DNA of 40,152 bases from Oligoflexales bacterium (GCA_044236265.1 JBIIGV010000012.1:1-40152), one strand, 5' to 3'. Counted from the stretch's first letter, positions 27,700 through 36,883 are shown. Notes: generated by a model from the sequence alone, not told the origin. Made by a program: numbers and translations.

Positions 27700-29091
27700 A
27701 TGCATTTTAAAATGTTTTTATACTCTGCGCTGCTCGTTGCCGCATGCCAAGAAACCCCATCATGGATGCCAGGCTCCCAAGATGATGAGCAGGGTACGCC
27801 CTCGCGCCCATCGCAGTCTGCCCCAGAAGTCACGGATAGCTCGCTTCCTGCGGATCCAATTTACAAAGCAGCGATCACAAACCTCGACTACCTGAAAGCC
27901 AGTGTCAATCTTGATCCATGGCTTAGGCGAGGTCATCACGGCGAGCGTCTAACGATTGCAATCTTGGATAATGGATTTGGCGGTCTCAAAGACGTCATTG
28001 GCAAGCAGCTGCCGCCGGATACAAAAGTAGAACCCTCGAAACTCAACAATGAATCACCCACACCCCACGGCACCAAATTAGCTGAAATTATTTTTGCGAT
28101 GACCTCGGGCTCTCCGCGTTGGACCAGCGAAAGCAAACATCCGCGCATCAAACTTTATAATTCAAATGGTTTTACAAATTTCTCAGCTGCAGTTGATCAA
28201 GCCATCAGCGACAAGGTTGACATGATCGTCTACTCGCAGGTGTGGGAGTTTGGCGGAAACTTTGATGGCGGTGGTTTTATTAATGCAGCCGTAAATAAAG
28301 CCACGAATGCAGGAATTCTTTGGATCAATGCAGCAGGAAACTATGCATCAAGTAGCTGGCAAGGTAGCATTCAATTCAGACGCGACGGAACCGTATTACT
28401 TCCTTATCAGGAAAACTATGTTCGACTGGTCGTCAATGAAACAGCGACAGCCGTCAAAATTACTCTTGCTTGGAATGACTTTGCGGACACGAAAGATTGG
28501 CGCACATCAAGGGATCTGGATCTGGTTTTGCTGGACAGCAAAAAACGAGAAATCGCTGCCAGCCAATTGATTCAAGATGGAGTCGACCATGGTAAAGATC
28601 CCAAGTACAGCTCTCACGCCCGCGAGATGATCTCCACCAATCTGCAACCAGGAGTTTATTTACTTAAGGTGATTGCACGCAGTCGCAACTTCGATGGAGC
28701 TTCGCGACTGAGACTGGCAGCCGATGGTGTGAATATTTCATTTCTCGATCAGTCACCATTTGCATCAGTCATGATCCCGGCAGACAATCCGAATGTGCTT
28801 ACGGTCGGGGCCAGCGATGACGACCATAGCTCGGCAGGGCCCACTATGGCTGGATTCACGAAGCCGGAAATTGTCGCCCCATCAATTATCGAGGTCGAAG
28901 GAGCATTCGCCTTTCAAGGAAGCTCGACTGCGGCTGCCGTCGCTGCTGCAACGCTCGCGGTTTATCAAGAGGCGTGTGGCGTTAAATTCACAAGAAGGCA
29001 ACTGCTGGACAGAATTATTGATGGACGAATTTCGCAAACCTCAACCAAGGGCCTTGGTCTCTGGTTAAACGAAGATAGCGTCTGCCGTTAG
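27700..29091 (+). CDS. S8 (subtilisin-like) serine peptidase lipoprotein with inserted beta-sandwich domain
   Basis: Lipobox VAAC, with IAILDNG (Asp), PHGTKLA (His), NAAGN (oxyanion Asn) and FQGSSTAA (Ser). Internal ITLAWND...DLDLVLLD...PGVYLLKV insert. Confidence 0.92.
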   Translation: MHFKMFLYSALLVAACQETPSWMPGSQDDEQGTPSRPSQSAPEVTDSSLPADPIYKAAITNLDYLKASVNLDPWLRRGHHGERLTIAILDNGFGGLKDVIGKQLPPDTKVEPSKLNNESPTPHGTKLAEIIFAMTSGSPRWTSESKHPRIKLYNSNGFTNFSAAVDQAISDKVDMIVYSQVWEFGGNFDGGGFINAAVNKATNAGILWINAAGNYASSSWQGSIQFRRDGTVLLPYQENYVRLVVNETATAVKITLAWNDFADTKDWRTSRDLDLVLLDSKKREIAASQLIQDGVDHGKDPKYSSHAREMISTNLQPGVYLLKVIARSRNFDGASRLRLAADGVNISFLDQSPFASVMIPADNPNVLTVGASDDDHSSAGPTMAGFTKPEIVAPSIIEVEGAFAFQGSSTAAAVAAATLAVYQEACGVKFTRRQLLDRIIDGRISQTSTKGLGLWLNEDSVCR

Positions 29092-29220
29092 TCGGCTGAT
29101 GCCCATACTTTTTTCATCCATAATTACGGGTGGTTAACTCTAAAACAGAACAAGCCCCTGATTCATAAGACTTAATTATGAATCGTAAGGGCGGACATTT
29201 ATGTCTATAAATGCCCTGCC

Positions 29221-29248
29221 TTAAGGTTTACGTGGATTATACCGATGC
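29221..29248 (+). promoter_or_regulatory. Putative sigma28-type promoter of the Hint-lipoprotein operon
   Basis: TTAAG-N15-ACCGATGC. It overlaps ATG 29245, which supports 29275 as the true start. Confidence 0.55.
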
Positions 29249-29274
29249 AGATCCAAATACTGGAGGTATGGACC

Positions 29275-30282
29275 ATGGAACTTAGAAGACCTAACTACGT
29301 CGTCGGCCTATCCGCGATTGTCATGGTATCGTTAGTGACAGGAGTCGGTTGCAAAAATCGCTCGGTACACCGAGATCTCAAGAAAGATCCTTCTGTTATC
29401 TTGAAGGGAGCGCCAGAGGACAGCAAAGAAGATCCGACGGTCACCGTGAAAGATCCAGAGAAAGGTGGACCAACAAATCCCACCGTTTCATCCATGTGCC
29501 GCTACATTGATCCATCACAAAACATTTCGGAAGCTATCCCTGGTAGCCCTGCCGGTCTTGCGATTCCAATCTCCAACTACACAAAAAGTCCTGAGCTGCT
29601 CACGAAACAGGGCTCAAATACCAGCTTCAACTACACGATCTTTCAGAGACAAGATGGTTCAAACAAAACTCTTTTCTGGGATTCAAAAAGCAAAGGCTGG
29701 TTTGCCGTAAACTACAAGGCCACCGTCCAAGGTGTCGATTCGCAAGCCTGCACAATTACGGCCGTCGCGACGTCGTCTCCTACTGAGAGAACATTGAATG
29801 GCTGTTTTGACCCAGAAACCATGATCACGATGGCTGACGGGAGCAAAAAGAAAATCAAAGATATCCAGTTCAACGATCATGTCAAAAACCCGGTCACTGG
29901 AAAGTTCGGAATTGTCGTTCGCGTGACGAAGGGACCAGAGGCTGGAAAAGGCATGTATGAAGTTGGATTTAGCAACGCTGGTCACGTGGTCGTGACTAGC
30001 AAGCATCCGTTCATCACCGCCACTGGAACAAAGACTGCAGATGAGCTTACCGTGACCGACAAGATCGCAGTCGGTGGAGGTCAATTCAAAAAGATCACAC
30101 ACCTTGTCAAGCGCAGCATTAACAAGAAACAAACCGTCGTAAACTTTGCGCTGGCTGGCGCATCGACTAATGATCTTGACCATCTTGTGGAAGCCGATGG
30201 CGTTGTAGCAGGAGACCTTTTTCTACAAGAAAAACTGGAAAATCTGAAAAAACTCAAAGACTCGGTGGCAAGCTCCAAATAA
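29275..30282 (+). CDS. Lipoprotein with C-terminal Hint (Hedgehog/intein, BIL-like) autoprocessing domain
   Basis: GGAGG RBS and lipobox GVGC. G|CFDPETMITMADGSKKKIKDI (block A, Cys codon 29803-29805), VTSKHPF (block B TxxH), VVNFAL...HLVEADGVVAGD (blocks F/G, no His-Asn). Confidence 0.9.
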   Translation: MELRRPNYVVGLSAIVMVSLVTGVGCKNRSVHRDLKKDPSVILKGAPEDSKEDPTVTVKDPEKGGPTNPTVSSMCRYIDPSQNISEAIPGSPAGLAIPISNYTKSPELLTKQGSNTSFNYTIFQRQDGSNKTLFWDSKSKGWFAVNYKATVQGVDSQACTITAVATSSPTERTLNGCFDPETMITMADGSKKKIKDIQFNDHVKNPVTGKFGIVVRVTKGPEAGKGMYEVGFSNAGHVVVTSKHPFITATGTKTADELTVTDKIAVGGGQFKKITHLVKRSINKKQTVVNFALAGASTNDLDHLVEADGVVAGDLFLQEKLENLKKLKDSVASSK

Positions 30283-30294
30283 GAGGAGACGCGC

Positions 30295-31761
30295 GTGGCT
30301 AAGTTAAGCCAAAGAGCTGTAAAACCCGCGGTCGCCCTCAGCACCGCGGTTACTCTTGTTAGCGCTATTTTCGGATGTCGCCCTGTCAACATAGATAAAT
30401 CTAACAAGGCATCAAGTGCAGACTGCGGTGCAAGCGCTATTTCGGTGGGGTCAACTTGTATTAAAGATGGTTTTATCTATCTTCTACAAGAGGCCGTCAC
30501 CGGCAAGCTTGAGACCTCCGCAGGAAAGTCCTCCATCTCATTTGGTAAGCTTTCGCTAGTCAAAGGGGACAAGCTGATCAGTAATGTAAGACTGACCTAC
30601 CCTCGCGGATCGGCAGCGGCGAAAACTACGACGACCTTTCAAATCGGGACGACGACTGTGGGATCTCCATCAACTCAGTTTGTTGGTGATTCCGACACCG
30701 TATCAGTGATTCGCCAAAGCATGACCCATCAGGTCTCCGACTCCGCTGACGCCAATGTCGCCCTGTCGATCGCTGGAAGCAGTGCAGTACCATCAAACAC
30801 TGAAAGTAGTCTTTTGGTATTCAGGCAAACTCAAGTTGCTTATGCACTCGATGCCAAGGTGCAAAAACCGGGTATGCCACCCTATTTTGCTGCCGATATG
30901 CTCGATACCGATAAAGTTAAAGTCACCGAGCTAAAAATTAACTCGATCGCTGACTCGATTATCGAAATCGACTCGAAAAACATTAAATCTGGCGATTTTT
31001 TATTAGTCCGCTCTGGAACCATTTGGTCTATCGCAGAGGGAAAGACCTCAGCCTGTGAGGGCGCATCATTAGCATGGACCTTAAACCTTGACCAAAAGGA
31101 GCTATCTCAAGACGGTGCTCACACTGTGAGCCAGGCTCGAGCAGTCGGTTCTAGCGCCATGCAAACTGTCTACAAGATCCCCGCTGGCGCAAATCCAGCG
31201 CGCCTGACTCTTAGCGCCAAGCTCACAGTGGGGACCAGTGCTGACCGTAATAATTGCTCTCTGAAAATCACCGAGCCGACGACGCTATCAGCTGTGATCT
31301 TTCGACCTTTAAATGAATTACCAAATGAAATTCAAACCGCACGCTACCTTCATGAAATGGGTGTTGTTGCCAGCGAAGCTGTAAAGCTTCCGACACACCC
31401 ATCAGGTCCTCCAATTCAAACCATTCTCAGTTTAAACTGGGAACATCTTCGCGGTGACGCACTGCTCACTGAAACACTCGTCCATGTCGCCGCGGAAGAC
31501 CGCCTTCAATCCAGTAAAATATTTCTTCAACTAAGTCGCGCGCCCGACGGTCTATCATCTCACTTGGCAAATATGATGCTGATTGATCCAGACAAACCAC
31601 GAGCTTTATCCATTTTCGATCTAGCCATCGAAGGAGATCTTGCCACGCAGACACGCTTTTACCTTACCGGTATGGGTTATAACAACGACTCAAAAAACAT
31701 CTCCATCAATGATGCCAGGATACTATTCATGCACTTTAGGCGTATCGGAGATAAGCTATGA
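30295..31761 (+). CDS. Hypothetical beta-rich lipoprotein
   Basis: GTG after GAGGAG, lipobox IFGC, 12 nt downstream of the Hint gene. Confidence 0.82.
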   Translation: MAKLSQRAVKPAVALSTAVTLVSAIFGCRPVNIDKSNKASSADCGASAISVGSTCIKDGFIYLLQEAVTGKLETSAGKSSISFGKLSLVKGDKLISNVRLTYPRGSAAAKTTTTFQIGTTTVGSPSTQFVGDSDTVSVIRQSMTHQVSDSADANVALSIAGSSAVPSNTESSLLVFRQTQVAYALDAKVQKPGMPPYFAADMLDTDKVKVTELKINSIADSIIEIDSKNIKSGDFLLVRSGTIWSIAEGKTSACEGASLAWTLNLDQKELSQDGAHTVSQARAVGSSAMQTVYKIPAGANPARLTLSAKLTVGTSADRNNCSLKITEPTTLSAVIFRPLNELPNEIQTARYLHEMGVVASEAVKLPTHPSGPPIQTILSLNWEHLRGDALLTETLVHVAAEDRLQSSKIFLQLSRAPDGLSSHLANMMLIDPDKPRALSIFDLAIEGDLATQTRFYLTGMGYNNDSKNISINDARILFMHFRRIGDKL

Positions 31762-32294
31762 GGGCGGGCATCATAGTTTGGATGATTCATGTCACTCTAG
31801 TCGTCAGCTGTGCACCGGTGAAGACGAGCAAACCTGACAAAAGCCAACCGAGCGACAGCCTGCCAGTGAGTGATCTGCCTCCAGAAACAGGCTCCGTCAG
31901 TTCTATGACAACCCAGCCCACAGGCCGATCTGTTGATCTCTACGCAATACGCGCAGGATTGACTAAAGGTTTCATTCCACCCGACATTGACAAGCTACCT
32001 TGCTCATTCCTACGCCAAGGAAGTCCGTTTACGATCCCAGCGGTCGCTGGAGGGCCACCTCTTGCGCTTCCAGGACCTCTGCAAAACAATTACTCTGGCG
32101 TCTGGAATGGCTTGCAGGAGTTAAGATTCAAGGTCTCTGCCTACAACCGTATCTATCACAATCCAGGTATACCCGATTGGCTGCTGACTAAGCCAACCAG
32201 CCGCACCATAGAATACGTCATTAAACTTTACGACGTAGTTGTAACGAATCCGACCCAACAAAACTGCAGTATCGCTGCACGTAAACTCAATTAA
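31758..32294 (+). CDS. Hypothetical lipoprotein
   Basis: ATGA overlap with the upstream gene, lipobox VVSC, Ser/Pro linker and two further Cys. Confidence 0.78.
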   Translation: MRAGIIVWMIHVTLVVSCAPVKTSKPDKSQPSDSLPVSDLPPETGSVSSMTTQPTGRSVDLYAIRAGLTKGFIPPDIDKLPCSFLRQGSPFTIPAVAGGPPLALPGPLQNNYSGVWNGLQELRFKVSAYNRIYHNPGIPDWLLTKPTSRTIEYVIKLYDVVVTNPTQQNCSIAARKLN

Positions 32295-32361
32295 AAGACA
32301 CAGAGACGCTCAAGGAGTCTCCCCGAGGCAATCGGGAAGACGCCTTAAGTTGATTTCAAAA

Positions 32362-33750
32362 TCAAAGATCAATAACGGTTGTTCCTAGCTCAATGACACG
32401 ACCATCCTTCAGACGAATCCGAGCATCCGCAGACAGTTTTTGCCAATTCCAAATTTTGTAGGCTCGACTTTGAAAATCTATGGGCAAGACCTGCAAACCA
32501 TCTTTAGCACCAGTCGTTGCAGAGAAATCACGGTAACCATCAACTTGATAGATGACAGATTGAACGGCTTCCAGAGCGCGTTTGTCACCCGCGATATCCA
32601 AAACAAAGAAATGAGCGCCTAGTAGTCCGCGGTAGTCTTTCGTTGCCGATGTCAATCGAAATGAATCACGTGTAATGCCATCAACAATGAGATCGGGAAC
32701 CGGCGCTGGTCTTGGTGCTGGAGTTGGCGCAGGTTGTGGCTGAGGCGCTGGCGTCACATCAGGAGTTGGCGCTGGAACAACAAGAGGAGATTTGTCTCTA
32801 AGTTTCCCCTGGTCATCAAAAACCGCAATATCAGCAATCGACCATGCGTAGCAGTATGAGTAGCTGCAGTAACTAAAAGGAATGTAGCCATATCCGCGGT
32901 TACCCCAGGAACTACCCCATGAGTTCTTAATGATGAAATAACCACCGCCGCCGACGCGACTGTCAACAACAACCCCTGTCAGCACGATCGCATGCCCGCC
33001 CTGTTTTGCTCCCCCCGGCATAATGATCCCACCAGACTTCGGGTTCATAAAGGAGCCGTTTACATCAAGATTAATCACAACAGGCTCGCCGGCACGAATT
33101 GATGCGATAACATCCGACAACGTTAGTTTTATTTTTCTGCTTGCCGATAATTTTGCTCTCACCTTGCCATCAGCACCAGCTTGCTTTTGGCCGTAATAGG
33201 GCCAAAGACTCTCATCGATAAATCCGCGGGTCCTACCTGCCTCTAAAGAGGGACTTGTTTGATATACACCGTAGGATCGAAAGTGATGAATTTCGCTTAA
33301 ATCCATCGAAGTGCCAAAAAATCTTCTACCAAGATTCTCAACGGCTGCAATGGTCGCAAACGATGTACACCATGGGCGAGATCCCTGATTTTTAATCGGC
33401 GTATCGTAAACCCGCAAATCTGTTGCCTCTCTCATATCTGTATCTGCGTCGAGGCTTAGTCCGATTTGATCAACCACAAGCGCTTCGTCGACCCCTGCCC
33501 CTTCAAAAAGAGGCATCAGTGATAATTTTCGTTCCTCCAATTGCGATGCTGAACTCTGCTGGTCGGGAAGTTTTTCAGCGACCATCATCAAGGTGACAAT
33601 ATCCTCTGTATCCATCTGCGTCTGATCGGCTTGCGCGAACGCCTGCAAAGCCCTGCTTGGCGGTGATTCTGACCCACACGACGTCAGAACAAACAACCCT
33701 GCAAAACCCCAAAATGTAGGCCATCGCGCGCTAAAAAAATCATGTTTCAT
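32362..33750 (-). CDS. Papain-like (C1A) cysteine peptidase lipoprotein with Pro-rich linker and C-terminal beta domain
   Basis: Lipobox LTSC, then DLR..DTPIKNQGSRPWCTSF (Gln, Cys), GGHAIVLTG (His) and IIKNSWGSSWGNRGYGY (Asn). ATG 33750 follows GGAGG. Confidence 0.93.
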   Translation of the reverse strand: MKHDFFSARWPTFWGFAGLFVLTSCGSESPPSRALQAFAQADQTQMDTEDIVTLMMVAEKLPDQQSSASQLEERKLSLMPLFEGAGVDEALVVDQIGLSLDADTDMREATDLRVYDTPIKNQGSRPWCTSFATIAAVENLGRRFFGTSMDLSEIHHFRSYGVYQTSPSLEAGRTRGFIDESLWPYYGQKQAGADGKVRAKLSASRKIKLTLSDVIASIRAGEPVVINLDVNGSFMNPKSGGIIMPGGAKQGGHAIVLTGVVVDSRVGGGGYFIIKNSWGSSWGNRGYGYIPFSYCSYSYCYAWSIADIAVFDDQGKLRDKSPLVVPAPTPDVTPAPQPQPAPTPAPRPAPVPDLIVDGITRDSFRLTSATKDYRGLLGAHFFVLDIAGDKRALEAVQSVIYQVDGYRDFSATTGAKDGLQVLPIDFQSRAYKIWNWQKLSADARIRLKDGRVIELGTTVIDL

Positions 33751-33812
33751 ATACGTGGTCCTCCAAAGTTTACTTTTCGTCGCACCAATCGATACGAACA
33801 AAAGCTGGGAGT

Positions 33813-33840
33813 ACCTCGGAAACGTGCATTTGCGCCTTTA
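33813..33840 (-). promoter_or_regulatory. Putative sigma28-type promoter
   Basis: Minus strand TAAAG-N15-TCCGAGGT. Confidence 0.4.
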
Positions 33841-33972
33841 ATCGCAAAAGTTCGTTAACTACTACGATGTCCGACCTAGCTGATATACAAAGGGAAAATC
33901 ACAGAGCCCAGCCGACACCTGAGAGCCGTAATTGTTTATGAGATTAATGATGACTGAGTGGACAGCAGGTAT

Positions 33973-35373
33973 TTAATCTAGATATTTGTAATCCATCAGA
34001 TAATGGCATCCTTTGGCAGCTTCCTCGTCAGAAACATACTTTGATGCAGAATCCGCAAGACTCATGCCGGATGGACGGCTAAGCTCAGGCGCAGAACCAG
34101 CTGCCACAACGGTTTCCAAGGCGATCTTTGAAGCCACCAGCATCCCGTCAAAATCGATTTTATCAACATGATCTGACGTCTTGTGATAGTGCGGGTTGTT
34201 AGACACGCCGGTGTGATAGAAAATACCCGGGACGCCCTTATTCATAAACGGGGCATGATCACTTCCGCCCTCGACCTTCTCGGTAAATTTCATTTTGTAA
34301 GCAGGATACTTCTGCGAAATACTGCGAGCTGTCGCATCACCCCACTTTGATGTCACTGTTCCTATCGCAGCAATCGCATTACCAAACGTCTTGGCATAGC
34401 CAACCATGTCCAAATTGATCATGAACACATGCTTATTCAACGGTACCGCGGGATTGGCAACATAATGGCGCGAGCCTAAAAGGCCCTCCTCTTCACCAGA
34501 GAACCACATAATAAGAACCGAGCGTTTCAGCGATGATCGTACCGTCGCGAGTGACTTGGCGACATTTAACAGCGCTATTGTTCCTGATCCGTTATCATCG
34601 GCGCCATTACAGATACGGTCACCTGCGGCACCCGCACTGCACGTGTAACCCTTGTCCAAAGTGCCTGCATGATCCATGTGAGCACCGATGACGACATACT
34701 CGTTTTTCAGCGCGGGATCACTTCCTTCGATCAGGCCAACAATGTTACTCGACATGCTGCCGCTCGTTGGGCCAACCGTCATGCGAAACTGCTGGCGATA
34801 TTCGCCAAACACTGGCGCAATTTTGAGTTTTTTAAGCTCTTCGATCAAAAAATCTCCAAGCTGATTATTCTCCGTGGTGCCAGCCAAACGACCATTAAAT
34901 TTGTCTTGAGTCAGAAATGTCAGTTCGTCTTGTAGGGTTTTTAGCGACATCAGCGCCAAGGCTTCGTCAAGAGAGTTAGCTGCACCTGGATTTTTCAATC
35001 GAAAGCGCAGCATTTCCAATCCAGCTTTATTGATAATGAGATAGTCCTGAAGTGTGGTCAGTTTTGGTGAGATTTTTGGACGATATAGTGCGCGCTCACC
35101 GGGAGCACCAAATTCCTCTAATGTTAGCTTTTCTGCGCTGGCGTCACAGGCGCCATCTCGTCCCGTCAAACATAGCTGCGCATCCGTCTTATTTGGAAAT
35201 GAGACCAGAAGTGCAGGGTCCGTCTCTACTTTCTGGTCGAACAGCGCGACAAATACCTGGTCAGCCAAACTGCGTAGTCGCGAGACTTGGTTTACCGGCG
35301 AACAACCTGACGCTATCAGAGTCAATATCAATGCAATCTGAGCACAAACCATGGGTTTGCGATAGCCATACAT
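33973..35373 (-). CDS. M28-family metallo-aminopeptidase lipoprotein
   Basis: Lipobox ASGC, with IGAHMDH, NGADDNGSG, GEEEGLLGS, INLDMVG, SDHAPF and YHKTSD. ATG 35373 follows GGAGGG. Confidence 0.95.
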   Translation of the reverse strand: MYGYRKPMVCAQIALILTLIASGCSPVNQVSRLRSLADQVFVALFDQKVETDPALLVSFPNKTDAQLCLTGRDGACDASAEKLTLEEFGAPGERALYRPKISPKLTTLQDYLIINKAGLEMLRFRLKNPGAANSLDEALALMSLKTLQDELTFLTQDKFNGRLAGTTENNQLGDFLIEELKKLKIAPVFGEYRQQFRMTVGPTSGSMSSNIVGLIEGSDPALKNEYVVIGAHMDHAGTLDKGYTCSAGAAGDRICNGADDNGSGTIALLNVAKSLATVRSSLKRSVLIMWFSGEEEGLLGSRHYVANPAVPLNKHVFMINLDMVGYAKTFGNAIAAIGTVTSKWGDATARSISQKYPAYKMKFTEKVEGGSDHAPFMNKGVPGIFYHTGVSNNPHYHKTSDHVDKIDFDGMLVASKIALETVVAAGSAPELSRPSGMSLADSASKYVSDEEAAKGCHYLMDYKYLD

Positions 35374-35397
35374 TTCAGGACCCTCCAAGAGTCCCTC

Positions 35398-35425
35398 CTA
35401 TCGGCTTTAAGCACCCCGAACTTTA
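35398..35425 (-). promoter_or_regulatory. sigma28 (FliA)-type promoter
   Basis: Minus strand TAAAG-N15-GCCGATAG, near consensus. Confidence 0.75.
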
Positions 35426-35471
35426 GTCTTTTTTTAAAATGTCATAAACCGTCTGTAGATTCGGCTGTCTA

Positions 35472-36536
35472 TCATTGCCCCATGGATGCCTTGACCTCAC
35501 CCCTGATGGATGGGTCTACAGAGTTTTGCGAGAGCCACGCTTCGGCCGCCGATCGAACCATCTCAGACTTGTCGAACGTGGCAGCAACCATAAAGACATC
35601 GCGCACGTCGGCAGATTCCCGAGAGATCACCTGGATCACCTGCGCACGACCAAGTTCATCCAGGTGAGGTAGCGCTGCTCGCGCTACGTAAAAGCATCCA
35701 ACCGTGCATGGGGATTTTTCAAAGCGTTTGAAAAACCTGGCGCGCAACTCACTGTGAGCATCTCCGAGAGCCATCTTTACGTCTTCATCTGTAATTTCTG
35801 CTCCCAAGTCAGCAAGACCAATAAGGGCACGCATACGAGTCCAAAACTTCTTCGACTCCAAACCTGTGCGCAGTAAGTCTTCCGAACCACGCGCTCTCAG
35901 GGCCGAAAGCTCCGTGACACCTACGTATCGTTGATAATTAAATCGGTGGGATAATTTTTCTCGTAGCATGGCATCTTGATCGCTCGTAAGCTGCGCTCCC
36001 AATTCTGGAAGATCGGTACCAAGCTCGTTTTCAACGTTACTCCAAACTGAATCGGACTTTTCGGTAGAGGCGCTTTTATCGGCCGATCCGCCGTTTGATG
36101 GGGTCTCACTGGGCGGCGAAGGCACATCGGAATTTGGCTTAGACACAACATCATTTTGAGGCTTTCTAGGAACAGGAGCCTGAAACTGCGGTTCCCCCAT
36201 CCCCAAAAGATTTAAAACGTCATCAGTCGTATAGGGACCGAGGAAGAAAAACGCCCCCAAGCCTAAAACGATCGAACCCAGAATGACCATCATCCGGTTG
36301 GCTTCAAGCTTGTCTTTTAGGCTCAAGGGGGCATGTCCCTGTTTGAGCAACATTCCGGTGTTCACCGCGTTGAAACCGGTCGCCCCAGCTGCAAAGGCCC
36401 CCGTTCCTGTTCCAAATGACTGATTAAAGCCGGGCACAGTCGGTGGTTGCACAATCGCTCCGGCCATTGCCTGCGGCTGTTGATCTGGCGCTAATCCGAG
36501 ATCGAGTACCTGGGTTACGTCCTGTTGTGCTCCCAT
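35472..36536 (-). CDS. Single-pass membrane protein with Pro/Ser linker and HEAT-like repeats
   Basis: TM segment MMVILGSIVLGLGAFFFLG and HEAT-like units (GLESKKFWTRMRALIGLADLG, ATFDKSEMVRSAAEAWL). Confidence 0.8.
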   Translation of the reverse strand: MGAQQDVTQVLDLGLAPDQQPQAMAGAIVQPPTVPGFNQSFGTGTGAFAAGATGFNAVNTGMLLKQGHAPLSLKDKLEANRMMVILGSIVLGLGAFFFLGPYTTDDVLNLLGMGEPQFQAPVPRKPQNDVVSKPNSDVPSPPSETPSNGGSADKSASTEKSDSVWSNVENELGTDLPELGAQLTSDQDAMLREKLSHRFNYQRYVGVTELSALRARGSEDLLRTGLESKKFWTRMRALIGLADLGAEITDEDVKMALGDAHSELRARFFKRFEKSPCTVGCFYVARAALPHLDELGRAQVIQVISRESADVRDVFMVAATFDKSEMVRSAAEAWLSQNSVDPSIRGEVKASMGQ

Positions 36537-36573
36537 AAATCCCCCTTTAGGCTAGCCCCACCATGGACTGCCA

Positions 36574-36689
36574 TTTGGATTTTCGGCAAGAAAAGACCAA
36601 TCTTGAGAGAAATTTAAGAGGTTCCGCCCAGGCTGCGCACAATTTTTATGAAAATCCAGAATTTCTCTTGAATTTTGGGAGCCTAGGGG
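36574..36689 (+). repeat. 116-bp direct repeat, copy 1 (duplicated divergent promoter region)
   Basis: Ungapped hand alignment to 39296-39411 gives 101/116 identical. Confidence 0.93.
36580..36606 (-). promoter_or_regulatory. Putative sigma28-type promoter of the HEAT-repeat gene
   Basis: Minus strand TCAAG-N14-GCCGAAAA. Confidence 0.6.
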
Positions 36690-36883
36690 AGCAGGCGCGT
36701 CTTTAGCCTGGCATCCCCAGAGGATGGAGCTACCAAAATCGGATTCGGCGCCCATCGTATTATTTCGATGCGGCGGACGAAGTATCTGTTCTCAATCAAT
36801 TTTGGAATAACGGACTTGTTAAGATTGTTCGGGACTGGCAGGCAAGTCTCACGCAGATGTATCAATCTGTACCAAGGGTATTA

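Noticed and set aside
29803..30220. True self-splicing intein
   Set aside because: It has no terminal His-Asn or +1 nucleophile, no endonuclease, and does not interrupt a conserved host protein.
32690..32780. Pro-rich repeat as a DNA-level tandem repeat or phase-variation tract
   Set aside because: Codons are degenerate, consistent with a protein linker and not a slippage array.
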